Shown one piece after another: positions 46,932 through 59,300 of a stretch of 64,000 nucleotides of DNA. Position 1 is the stretch's first letter; every line of letters begins with the position of its first letter. This stretch comes from Takakia lepidozioides (Eukaryota; Plantae; Bryophyta): positions 4,216,001 to 4,280,000 of the forward strand of contig CM060734.1 of the NCBI GenBank assembly GCA_030704615.1, read 5' to 3'. Both the position numbers and the translations under genes were made by a program. The notes under the pieces are model-generated. The model was not told where the DNA came from, did no database searches, and saw only the letters and a list, made by a program, of their open reading frames with translations.

Positions 46932-47404
46932 ACCTGCCCCCTTTGGTTTTGTACACATGTTTTTACCCAAAACAAGGGGTGGGTAAACACTAAAAGTCTG
47001 ATATAAGATTCTTTCCTGATTGTTACTTTATGACCTTGGGAATTGAGGGTTCTTTCACTGGCCTCTTCTTCCGGTCACCAGAGCTTATATATAAACTAAA
47101 AGGTAAAACTCTACATTTTGATGTATGTGTTGATGTACCTTCGTTTGTCACAACTTGCCAACTTGGAACATGCCAATGGCAGAAAATTCATTACCTAAAC
47201 CTGCCCCCGTTGGTTTTGTACACATGTGGTACCCAAAAGCATGGGCTAGGTAAACACTAAAGGGTTGATAAAAGTTTCTTTCCTGTTTGTTGCTTCGTGA
47301 ATTTCGGAGTTAAGGTCCCTTCATTGGCCTCATCTTTCCATTACCAGAGCTTATGTGTAGCTCAAAGGTAAAACTCTACATTCTGATGTAAGTGTTGATG
47401 TACC
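46932..47404. repeat. Diverged direct duplication (~205 bp x2)
   Basis: CCTGCCCC..TTGGTTTTGTACACATGT...AAAGGTAAAACTCTACATT.TGATGTA.GTGTTGATGTACC at ~46932 and ~47200. Confidence 0.85.
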
Positions 47405-47809
47405 TTTGCTCGTCATGGCTTGTTTTGTTTTTTGACCTTGGAGAGTTGAGATTGTAGGCATGTTTATTTCTATGGTTCCTTTGTAACCAGAAGTAAAAGC
47501 TACAAAGAAGAGGGAGGTCATTTATGTGATGGGGTCTGGTATGCACTCCCTTACGGGGTGAGTGCATACCACACTCACTCCATAAGGAGCTGCCATACCA
47601 GGGGATGGTTGGTGGGTTCCCTCTCTCTCCCTCTCTCTCCCTCCCTCCATGGATCTGGCTGGGTCTTTTAAAACTCGATAGTTTAAGACCAGTGGTATGT
47701 TACCTAACCCCTAATTAACCTTATTGGAATTTGGTTAATTTCGGTTATTTACATGACCCGGATTTTTGGTATAAGGTCACGATCCTAATGGAGCCATCCT
47801 ATTATTTAA

Positions 47810-47990
47810 TTTTTTCATCCATAAATGGATGTCATCCTCAGAGGATGACACAGATGAAAAATCGAGAGACAATTTCATCCAACGCGGATGAAATCATGAT
47901 AGATTTCATCCTACGCGGTAGAGTTCATCCCGTGTGATGGATTTCATCCCGAATGAATGGATGAAATCGCGGGAAATCGTGCTTCATCTC
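47810..47990. repeat. TTTCATCC/GGATGAAA motif cluster (also at 30586-30712)
   Basis: Many copies in both orientations; looks like a transposon subterminal region. Confidence 0.7.
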
Positions 47991-49139
47991 TTCCCTGCCC
48001 TAACCCTCTGCATGACGATCGTGCTCAAGGGATGGCTGAAGCTGAGAGATGGTGGCGGGGGGCGCATGGAGCTCGATTCAGGCGCCCTTGAATGCTATGG
48101 AGCTGCGCCATTAAGGCATTTAGGTGTTCTGGCAAGATTCAATACCTTCTTCCCCTCTTGGAGTGCGCAATGGCGGCAGTACTTGCAATTTCCCTGTGGC
48201 GGTTGTCTCTAATGCTTGGCGGGCGATCTACCTGTGCTGTGGTTGCTTGCTGTGACCTTCATTGATCATTAAGATACAAGCGGCGAAATTAAGGCCTCAG
48301 GGAAGTGTCTGAACTCTTTAAGTTTGGGCGATTCACTTTCTTTGTGCATGCTTTGTACATTTTTGTTGTGCATTTTTGTTTACTGGTCTTGAGAGCTATG
48401 GCGCAGGCCTCTCTTCCACAAGCCATCAAGGTATTGGCTTGCATATGCTCTGTTTCCTTTCTGCCCCTGCTTTGTATTGCATGTTGTACAGCGATAACAA
48501 GCGTGAGACCTGCGATTCACCTGGGGTTCCACATCGTCTCTAACTTAACTGTTTCTGATTGCGTGTGATGGGACCAGGTGAGGGTCCTCACTTAACATGG
48601 ATTTTAAAGCTTGAAGTGGATTGGAATCGAGTTGAAAAAGCGACGCCATCTGTATCTTTGGGGGAGAACGATCCTTTCTTCCTCTTTCCTTTGATCTTGA
48701 TGGCTCCTATGTTTAACCTAGTATGGTGGACAATCAATCATTAGGGCGACTATCTCTTGTTCCCTATGGCATACTGATGTGACAATGGAGCAATGATATG
48801 ACATGCTGATGGCTTTAAAGAGATCTGGTAACATGCTACAATGTAGGGCAACATCATTTGCTTAAGAATAGGTCTGCAAAGCCTCCATCCCAGCCCCTGC
48901 ATATCCTGCGATCACCGCGTTCCATGACACAACATATCTCTCGGCTCGATACTAAGAAAACATATGGTGTGGCACAGGAGAGAAAAAAACCCAAAAGGAG
49001 GCTAAGTCCCAGCCCTCTCTTCACGGCTACCGTACTTAATGGGCAACCCTATAAGCAATTTTTTGAAATTTTTTAACCTTTTGCACTTTGATCATTGATG
49101 AATGAACTCATGATCCAATGGATGAATACATTCGTGTAT

Positions 49140-49460
49140 ATGCCTTCAAAATGACACATGTAGTGATGTAGTCGTATAAATAGAACTGTGAAACCATCTT
49201 CAATCAATCATGAAGTCATAAGTTCCTATGAAACGTCGTCCACGTGTAGTAAAACATATCACACTAGTCATATAAACCATCCCTGACATCGTGTTTGACC
49301 AGTGCTCCATATATTTCCGGAGTCATGTAGTGATATCTATTACTACAGAGTGATAAAAATATCTCTACAATGCATTTCATGGCTCTGTAGTCGTATATAT
49401 AGTGACAGTTTTATGACTCCGCAAAAGCCGTAGTCATAAAAACCTTAATTTGTTGTAGTG
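49140..49460. mobile_element. CACTA right terminus
   Basis: Ends TTTGTTGTAGTG (reverse complement CACTACAACAAA), with GTAGTCRTAWA / GTAGTGAT subterminal repeats. Confidence 0.8.
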
Positions 49461-49519
49461 AGGGGAGCAGAGTGGGGGAGTGAAACCTGACGATACAGGG
49501 CAGTGGAGAATACCAGACA

Positions 49520-50760
49520 GCAGGGGAGCAAGGCACAATGAAACACATGGGAACAGAGGAAGCACGGTTACCTACGTTGCCAACCACTTCTTTTGCGCAA
49601 GCACTCCACGATGGAAGATGGCGCCAGATGCAATGTGCTCTACAAAGGCCCCATACCAACCATTCTCTCCATATTTGAGGAAAGTAGGCGGCAATAGAGT
49701 TGTATCCGTATCCAGGAGAATGAGTGTTCCCAGCTTTATAATGGAATCACCATGGACGACTATGAAGTCAACTCTTTTAATTTCCTCCACAATAGTTTGC
49801 ACCTGGTTGCGTATGAAACCAACTCCAACAACTGACATGGGGGTAGCCTTTGAACTCTTTTCTGTCTAGTGATCGGGTGGCCCCTTCGCTCCCCTACTGT
49901 GCTACCCTCTGCTCCCCTTTGGGTCTTAGCAGGTTGCCTCGACCCGCATCGCGTTCCTTCCTCTTCTGCCCCGGGGGGGAAGACTCTGTTTGCTCAGTAT
50001 CAGACTAGGCAGAGTCTGCGGTCTAACAGCTTTTTTTTTTTCCAATTCTCAGCTTTCTTCTTCGCCGTCAGGTCATTTGTAGGAATGGGTCGGCGGATGG
50101 GATTGGCACCTCATAGCCTGAGTACAATTGCTTTGTCCTCCTTTGGGTTCACGACAGTGGACCACGGTTTTGCATCTTCGGGTGCAAGTGGGTAACCCTC
50201 CCCGTCAACCAAATGACGATTCAAACGCATTTTCTCCCTCTTGAGGCAGCCACATAATTTGCAGATATAAGGATCCCGCACAGTTCCACCAACTGCAGCC
50301 TCCGCTATCATCTCGTCATATTGCTGTGGGTCATACCAGTAAGGGATACGGTTTCCCTTTCTGCTGGCGTGCAAATATATTCTCATTCCAGGGGACGTGT
50401 TCTGTCACACCACCCGAGACAAATACTTACATGGAATACGGTCAAAATAAATAGAACAACATGTGTTGTGCTCATGGGAAGCTTGGGTGGACACTGGCAC
50501 ATGGATCCAACATGGAATGAGAATATTTTCGCGCGATAGCCACATGATATCCTAGTAGGTTGTTGGCCGCACCATTCAAAACAATCGGACATTCGGAGGC
50601 AAGAAACTCATCATCATATCGCAAACCATAAGAATAGTCTAAGAAGAAAGAACATAACCGTCACACGCGAAGAAGAAACCCTCATCATGTGTAGAAGCTC
50701 CACTTATAGATCGTTTGTGGAACGTCGATGGAAAATGGACGGCAAAGATTGGACGGTTAG
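49520..50760 (-). pseudogene. Unknown transposon-borne gene remnant with C2H2-like finger
   Basis: YICKLCGCLKREKMRLNRHL in ORF 50111-50386; chain of broken minus-strand ORFs. Confidence 0.4.
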
Positions 50761-50779
50761 AATAGGCGAGACAGGGGAT

Positions 50780-51749
50780 CAGAGGTACCGGGGAGCGGGA
50801 GAGCGGAGGAAGAGGCGAGCGGAGTGGCGCGAGAGGGGAGCAGAGTGACCGGGGGTGCGAAACAGGGGAGCATTTGTATAGGGGAGCGGAGGAGGGGAGC
50901 ACAGAGCGGTGCGGGGAGGCGAAACAGGGGAGCACAGTGATAGCGGAGTGGAGAGCGCTGCGCCGGGGTGAAATAGGGGAGCGAAGGAGGGGAGCGGAGC
51001 GCCCGCGGGGGCCAAACAGGGGAGCATAAATATAGGGGGGCGAAAGATGGGAGCGGAGAGCGCCGCGGGGGGCCAAACATGGGAGCATAGATACAAGGGA
51101 GCAGAGGGGAGCGGAGAGCGCCCGGGGGGGGGGGGGGGAGGGGAGCAGAGCTACAGGGGAGCGGAGAGCGCCGGGGGGGGGGGGGGGGGGGGTGGGGGTG
51201 GGTGGGAGCAGAGATACAGGGGAGCGGAGCGCGGGGGGCCAAACAGGGGAGCATAGGTACAGAGGAGCGGAGAGCGCCCGGTGGGGGGGGGGGGGGCAAC
51301 AACAGGAGAGCACTCGTACAGGGAGCGAAGGAGGGGAGCGGAGAGTGCCGTGGAGGGGGTGAAACAGGGGAGCAGCAATACAGGGGAGCGAAGAGGGGAG
51401 TGCAGAGCGCAGGGGAGGGCGACATGGGAGCATTCGTACGAGGGAGCAAAGAAGGGGAGCGGAGAGCGCCGTGGGGGGGCAAACAGGGAGCAGAGAGGGC
51501 GGGCCGCGGGGACACGGCGGCGCGGAAGAGGGGAGCAGAGAGACCGGGGCACAGAGAGACAAGGGAGAGCAGAACAGGGGGGCGGAAACATGGGAGTGGA
51601 GAGAGAGAGAGGGGGGTGAAAGGGCGGGGCACGGCGGGTCCCGGGGGCGGCCCCAGGGGCAGGGTGGGGATTTGACCGGGGAGCGGCTCCCGGGGGGCAG
51701 GACCCTCGCTCTCACTTGCGGGCGTTCAACTCCCATCCTATGTCTAGTG
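50780..51749. mobile_element. G-rich GGGGAGC(A/G)GAG subterminal array and DNA-transposon end (CACTA-like or Helitron-like)
   Basis: Dense repeats ending ...CCTATGTCTAGTG (reverse complement CACTAGACATAGG; also CTAG|T with an upstream imperfect hairpin). Confidence 0.55.
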
Positions 51750-52385
51750 TAAACCCCTAAGAGGTAGCTATCAAACTTTTAGAGCCTTACTAGCATACAG
51801 GACACCCAATGTGTGCTGGAATAAATGTCTACTCTTGTGCATGAAAAAATACTTAAAGTTGAAAAGTATTTCTCTCAATTAGCAGTTAGAACAAGAAAAT
51901 CTGTGATTATCTCGGAGATCTCTCTTGTTCTGGACATGGAAGACCATTCGCCTCCCTTCTCCAAATATACTGCCTCCATGTCAACAACAGTTCTCCAACC
52001 CAGCAGTGCCTTCATTTCCAGCTTCACCAACAAATCATCAGCCCTTCCGGTCATTCAGGCTACTTTCATTGCTTTTCTTGTTTCTGAGATCAGGTGTGAC
52101 ATGCACTTGGTTGTACATTTTGTCTCCCTGACCTTTCAACATTTCCAACCCACGTGACCACTGTTTTACTGCCTTAGGTGAATGGGGGTGCTTTGAGCCC
52201 TCTTCCTTCGCCATTCAGGAAATGTCACCGTATCTACTTTTATCTGAAAATACTACGGGCTTATCCCCAAAACAAGAAATTTTCACAATCTCCAGCTCCC
52301 ACTTCCAGGAATCTTCATCTCTTCCAAAATTGATGACCAGATGCATCACTACCATTCCTTCAGGGAAATCAAGGATTGAAGGACC

Positions 52386-55300
52386 TCAAGCTTTCAAAAG
52401 AAAAGCTACGGTCGAAACCGGGCTACCTTCAGCACCTCCAAACTGAAAGGTAGGGTAGGTGCGGACATGGTCAATGTACTCAAAAGTTGGTCCTGTTGAA
52501 ATTGACAGACCATTAGGGTCCTCGTCTTCTTTCATGCCATGCCCATTGGTCTTCCATGAATGAGACAGAGTGTTCACTTCTGCTACTAGCTCATCCTTGG
52601 TGTGGTTACATGATGTGATCACCTGTCAGCATGTTCCCAGCCAATATATACACTCATGCATGTCAACAACAACCCAGGTTCCAAAATTGTTAGATAGGGA
52701 GACTGCCAACATGCGTGTGAGACAGACGTATGCTCGGCCATCACGTGGCTGCCATGGCTCTATGACTGTATATCCATGTGACATCAGTTGTCTTGGGTGG
52801 GTGACAAACACGGGTGGAGATGCCAGAGCCCTTCCATTGCCACGAGCAATTTGATAGGATGAATACTGAACTAGCTGGGGTGCATGACTGTAACATTGGG
52901 TAGCCAAATCAGGGGTCAATGGCACCAAGCCTACTAGCAAAGTCTGATATAGAGAATCAGAGAATCTCGCTCTATCCCCAAGACTGGCTCTATGAAGGCT
53001 CAAGTTATGGAAGATCAACAAACACCTCTCCTGCAATCCCTCTATAGGTGTAAAAAGCAAAAGGCCGTACCAGAACACCACCAGGAGCAATGAGTTTACA
53101 AATAGCCTTCCAATACAAAGCTCTGCATACACCCACCACGGGTCATTATACATGGTTACGTATGGGATAATGGCACACCTACCTCAGCTTAGAAATAGTG
53201 CAAGTCACAGATTTGAGGGGTCCAGACCCTTAGTAAGATACCTTCCAGTAACCCTTGTCAAATCTGAAGTTTTACTGTCACCGCTGTGCACCAAAGAGAG
53301 ATTACGAAGCCACTTAGTGCGTGCTTAGCATATAGTCTTGCCATGCTCATTTGCTGTTACTGTGGAAAGAGCGATAATGAGAACGTGTGGAACAAACCTG
53401 TGTGCTGGACCATCAGGGTGCAGGCCAATGGCATCAAGAGTGCCCTTGTCAGTGACTAACTTGAACTGTCGGTCCAGCTTGGTGTCCAGCACATCATCAA
53501 CCTGCAGACACAAACTCCTTGAAGTTGCAAATATGCATACCATGATGTTTATGTTCAAAGTTCATAGGAGAAAACGAGAAATTTGAACTTGTTCTTTTAA
53601 CCAAATTTGTCTGGGAGATGCCCTGACAAAAGTAACAAGGTTTCCATCTATCTGTCTCCTCCCTCAAGTGAAGGTCACTAATAAACAATGCTAACAACAA
53701 CTTACTTCTCCTGGCCTTCAGTAAGTTGCCAATTAGTAGACCAAGCAGCAGGTGGACACAAACAAGGACAACGTCAAACAGAAAGGTCAATCGGGGAATA
53801 TACCATGAAGGAGAAATTGCCCACGTTACTGCGCTCTGCCACAGCTTGTGCAAGCTCCACTGCCCCCTCACTGTAGTCTGTTCCTGTCAGGTCTGTGAAT
53901 CTGTTCCAGGAAACCATGAAATGTCATGCGTGCTGGCTTTTAGCATGACAAGACTTTCCAAAAGCTTCCTGACTACTCCAGATTTCAGCCTTCTCTAGCT
54001 TCTGCACTTTTTGTTACATTATGACCGTGATTAACTGCATAATGCAAGTTCACAAAGCAGAACTAAAGTCATGCTTGATTCCCACCAGCACTTGTCCAGT
54101 ACTTGGATATGACCTGGTCAGTCGGGGTTACTAAGAGTTGAATGATCCTACATGACTCCAAGCAGTGACCTTAGTTCAAAGGAAATGGGGACACAAACAC
54201 AACCTACAGTTAAAAACTAAGGGATTGGGCATTTAGCATAACACGACTTTCCAGCAGAACGAACTGCTTCCTGTAACTAGTCAAGATGTCAGACTTCTCT
54301 AGCCTACGAACTTTTTTTTACATTATGACTGTGATTTACTGCATAATGTCAGTTCATAAAGCAGGATTGAACCTGCTTCATTCCCATTGTCGCTCGTCCA
54401 GTCCTTGGATATGACATGGTCAGTTGTGGTTGCTAAGAATGCTTAATCCAACATGACTCCAAGCAGTGACTTTAGTCAAAGAAAATACAACCTACAGTTC
54501 AAAACTTGATGTGGCTTATGGATTGGGTTGATATCATCCCAATCCTACTCTGCACATTACCGGTGCCACGAAAGGCACAAGGATTCTTGCTGAAAAGACA
54601 TACCCTTGCTTGCGCAAAGCATGAAGGAAGACGCCATTGCCAGTGCCAAGGTCAAGAACGTTCCAATTGGCTAGCTCAAATGCCATGGATCCACTGGCTG
54701 AAAAATCTGACAGCCTGCATGGCACCAATGTAAAAACATTGACAGAATCAAAGGGAAGGCCTGAAGCCACAGTGAAACAAATTCTTGCCGTCCATGTTGC
54801 CACTGTCTCCATCACTTCTTCCCCAAACCTGAAAATCACATCCATTGTTGTTATGTCACCTGGGATGGTGGAATTCAAATGGATCTAAAACAAGAAATGG
54901 AACATGCTAGACGAATTGCCTATACACGACACGTAAGAGGTGGCATGCACAAGAGCAGTTAAGATCAAGACTGTTCCATAGAACAATACAAATACAAATA
55001 TCTGAAGATGTTACAATGAAACTGCTTCTGGTTTTCATGCCAACAAATCGGAAATGCTGGGTAAAATTTCTTACCAGATTTCCCCGGCATCACCATGCTC
55101 ATGGAAATTCACCAGCTCCTCTGCATAAGTTGAGTCCCAATGTGACTGGAGGCCCAGCATGGGCAGTTCCACCTCGGCATCTTGTTCTTCTTTGTCTGAA
55201 CTGCAAACCAATTAAACTGTTAGCTTCCCATTTCGATCACTGCGGAAATGGTGCAGACTCCCATTCAACTTACTCCTGGAAGACTAGTTTCAACGTTTAG

Positions 55301-55995
55301 ATGTAGTACAACCACCAACTGCTGCTCATCATAATTCAACTACCAACTGTTGTTGGATTTTCCTAACACACAGACACAAAGCATGTATCAATCTAGACAT
55401 GCGGAGTTGACACCAACAGTACAATAAAGTTCACCATTAACTCAACACTGCAGGTCTCCTGATGAATCTGAGGTTGACAACTGCTACTTTGAGGCTGATC
55501 GCACGTTGCATCCAGAGGACGGCAGTCCCGGAGGAAGAGGACGACAGAGGACGAAGTAAAGAGGAATTTATGTGCCTACAGAGTGTCTTTTCAAGCTCTC
55601 TCTTATTGGTGGTCTGAACTTGCACAGTATCAAAATGTACTGGACTGGTTTCCATAACTACTGGTGCAACTAGCTCAGAGGTCTCCTCACTCAACATAGT
55701 GTATATGGCAATGCCAAAAGCATGTTAGAGGATCAAACGACTGGGAGTAGCCATCATACAGATAATCTGATGGACGTAAAGTGGCTGCCATTACGTCAAC
55801 CGCATCTGCATTCCTTTGATCTTCACCATCAAGTGTGCTCCCGTATTCACTCTTCACAGACCACGAATCCGCAGCCACTGATCGCTCATCGTCAGAGTAA
55901 TGCGTGCCTACGTCAATATCCGCCTGACGACTACCCTCCCCGCGCCCGGAGTGCGATTGTTCGCCTTCTTCTGGCGGCCACCGAATGCCCGCCAT
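52386..55995 (-). CDS. EEF1AKMT2: EEF1A lysine methyltransferase 2 (METTL10/EFM4-like). Exons 55995-55760, 55200-55075, 54828-54604, 53900-53804, 53501-53398, 53122-53071, 52622-52386
   Basis: All introns GT-AG and phase-consistent; SDDERSVAADSWSVKSEYGSTLD, HGDAGEIWFG, VLDLGTGNG, DKGTLDAIGLHPDG, ITSCNHTKDEL, YPTFQFGG. Confidence 0.95.
53945..54540. repeat. ~300 bp diverged tandem duplication in intron 3
   Basis: Shared blocks TTACATTATGAC, CTTGGATATGAC.TGGTCAGT, ACATGACTCCAAGCAGTGAC, CAACCTACAGTT. Confidence 0.85.
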
Positions 55996-56385
55996 GCCCG
56001 TCACCGTGCCAATTTCAATCCCTATCCTTCCAATTCAAGTCTCAGTCTCTTCTACTCTGGTGCCCCTTCAGCCCTAATCTACAAATACTCGATCAAACCA
56101 CGATGCCCCTGGTTATGGCTGTCTCTCCTCTTCAAACTTCAACCTTCACAACTACACAATTCCCCCGAACCGAGACAGTTTCGGCACCGGCTCGGTGTAA
56201 TCCCGTTCTCTTAGTGGGAACAATCTATGCTAGGGTGCTCTGCTTGTTGGGAACTTCGTCTTTCTTTCCCATCGTCTCGCAGCAAAGACAGTTTGTTTCT
56301 ATATAGCCTAATCCGAACAGCCTTCTCATGGTCTATCGCATACACAAACGAAGTCCTATTCGAGACTGCCTTAGCTTAGCAGCGC
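55996..56385. promoter_or_regulatory. Bidirectional promoter region (390 bp between start codons)
   Basis: Divergent ATGs at 55995(-) and 56386(+); TATATA at ~56299. Confidence 0.75.
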
Positions 56386-59300
56386 ATGGAAGCCCTAATA
56401 TCTGCGTATATCTCAGTGTCTCATTCGAGCGATGGAGACAAGGAAGATGATGACACAGCAGAGGTTACCAAGCGGCGCAGGCTGATAGGCCCTCTTCCTG
56501 CTTCGCCTCTTCGTCAAAGGCCTCTTCTGTCTGTAATCACTGAGAAGCCCTCTCCACAGGACCCGCCGCACCTCTATCCTGAAGGTCTGTGTCCAAATTT
56601 CAAAGACTGCGGTTTAGCTGTGTAGTTTAGGTGGAAGGTTCATACTGAGAAGTATAAAGATCGTGCTACAGTCTGGGAGGGGTGGAAGGTCTTGTGGAAC
56701 ATGCTGAAGGATAATTACAAAAATATGTATATCAGTACGAAGTGCTTTTGACACTGCGTGTCAGATATGTTGATTAGGAATCCAATTTAGCCTTCGTTAA
56801 GTAGTTGGGGACAGCATAGAATAACTCCAAAGTTGTCTACCAACATTGGGTACCAACCCTATCACCTTCTATGTAGTGCTGCAAAACAAAGACTGTAAAG
56901 TTCTTGACCTTACGAGGTTAACTGAAGACCATACATAACTAAGAGCAAACACATTCTGGACTGTTCCCTAAACACCTTTTGATGGTCAAGGTCTGCTCAT
57001 CACATCACTCTCTCTTTGTTGCAACGCTGAAAAACTACATGTCGTTCATCCTCATTCGAGACTTCTGCACCTGTTACAACACGCTCTTTGCACCATTTCT
57101 GTCTACCCTTAAAGATAAAATGTCACAGGATGGTATGATACTAGTAGTGCTTGCTCTAAGACCAACTCTAGAGCATAGTGGCACAGCGCGATACTTTCTA
57201 CGGCACCTTCTCGAAGTAGTTTGAATAACTTTTTTTTGCTCATCACTTAACTAATGATATCACACCCTTTTTTTCGTGCATCGATTGGTTCTCATGCATG
57301 GACCTAGAGAACGATTTAAAGAGCGCATTCCCTAGATGACGGTCTTAGAGGTCCTCACAGTCGTAGGGCAGGATACCTTATTATCAAATCGCACCTTGTC
57401 TTATGTGGAAATACGTAAATGGAAGGCCATATTAATTGCTAACGAGGGTGGTTGCCTCATATCTCTACAGCATCTCTCTGATTTACAGTACTGGATTAAA
57501 CTGCAATTTCTAGTATGTGTCAATGCCAGCTTCTAAATGCATGGTCAATTTCATGTAAAGGATTATCATCGACTGTGCGCCATGAAATCAGAGTACCGAC
57601 TCCCCGAGTTTATCATCCTGTGAGGACTACAGCCTCATATGTACCTCATGGTCAACTGAACAGGAACGGTCAAAGAGGCATTGTTTCATGCTAAAATTGT
57701 CAGACATTGAGTCATGCAGTCATGGGTAAAGCAATTATCCCTTTGCCTGGCAGTATTTCTGTCTATGAGATGTGTTCTGTCTGTTGTATTAGCACGGGTG
57801 GGAGGCAGATATGTGTCAAAGAGAGAGCGCGTGGCAATGGCTGTCTCTGTCACAACCTGGACACCCTCTCCCCCGGTCCATCGGCCACCTGGTTGTCTCT
57901 TGCTTCCATTGCGCTAACCCTTGCAAACCACTTCTATTATGAGGGACTTTGCTGGCAGAAAGTGAGGAGACATCTATGAAGACTACTTGAGGATGTCACA
58001 TGTTGCAGCTTCACTACCTTCTCTATGGCCATCTCTGATTTTGTTATTCCAGGCAGACACATGGGCATGGGCATGTAACTAAGAGATAGAGAGATGACGC
58101 CAGCGTAAATGAGAGCCTCTTCCCCTTGTTGGGTACTAACCCCCTTTCAGGAGTGGGCTCTATGAAGTGGGTCTAACTATACTACAACTAGTCCATTTAC
58201 AGTTTTTTGCTTGTTAAGGACAAGTGCTGTAAGAGATCTAATTGCCATAACATGTAGAGAACGGGCATGTAACTATGATTATCCTAGCAAAGTCTTGAAG
58301 AAAGTCTCTGGTTGCAAATGACTAAAAGATAAAGCTGGCCTCTGGAAGAGTAACTCAAGATTGTCCTCCTTTGTTTAAGAAATATACTTGGTTCTTTCAT
58401 TGGTGGTGTATTTTGGATTTCAAAAGGTGCTTTAGAGACTACCAGACATTGAACGATGACATACTTGCATAATTCAAAGCAAGCTTTTGACAGATAATCT
58501 GTTCTGTAGAAGGTTGGAGTAGCTAGGGGAGGACATGGGGCCCTGGTCACAGTGTAAGGGGTTTGCATCTTGGAAAAGTACCACTAGCTCCACCTGGCAG
58601 TATTCTTTTTTGTCTTCTAGAGTTGAGGGATTTTCTGATGCAACTCAGCATCTCCCTTCAGATAGACGGGGAGCCACACCATCAGATGGGGACCAACGCA
58701 CGGTAGTGACAGCCTTGGTGTGACCGTTGAGCTGAGTGACCTGCCCCTTTGAGTGACAATTACGACATCCACAGCCCTCCCTGCGAATCTCTTGAGCATA
58801 GTCCAATCTTTTCTGAATGTGATGGGGTAGCTTCACATCAAACAGGCTCTCCAGCCCTGCTCATACCACCAGCAAAGAGAACCTTAGTCTGAACTTCAGC
58901 TTGACTTAAAAAACTTAATTCTACGTGAGAATCCTCTGTTTGGTCCCATGCCCCACCCAATACCTCCACTCATTACTCCATGTGCCAATCATCTCTAGGA
59001 CCAGCTAGAGTAACCTTCAACCTCATGCATGTCATGGGCTGTGGGAGTCATGTAGTTCCATGTTGAGAGTATCCCCAGGCGGCATAAATCCTGTGGCGCC
59101 TATGAATAACGGCAAAGCGTAACATTGTCTCTTGCCACAATGTAAGTCTATAAGCCTGCACAACCGCTGGTGAACAAAATAAATGTCCAGTTGAATTCAT
59201 TTTCATTATGCCATCAGAAGCGTCTAGTATGTGTTGGTTCTTGTCTTCTAAAACGAAGTCATTCTCCATTCCAAAAAGCTTCACCAGGCTCAACTATGCA

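Noticed and set aside
46756-47450. Possible HNH/NUMOD-like coding remnant
   Set aside because: Similarity is only impressionistic; no catalytic motif recovered.
50639-51752. Long Pro/Leu- and Gly-rich ORFs
   Set aside because: Translations of a G-rich repeat, open in many frames.
53945-54540. Intronic duplication as snoRNA pair
   Set aside because: No convincing C/D or H/ACA boxes on the host-gene strand.
58621-58705. Plus-strand AG at 58619-58620 as alternative WDR25 exon 3
   Set aside because: The phase-compatible frame has no WD40 similarity and reaches TAG; the homologous coding sequence is on the minus strand.
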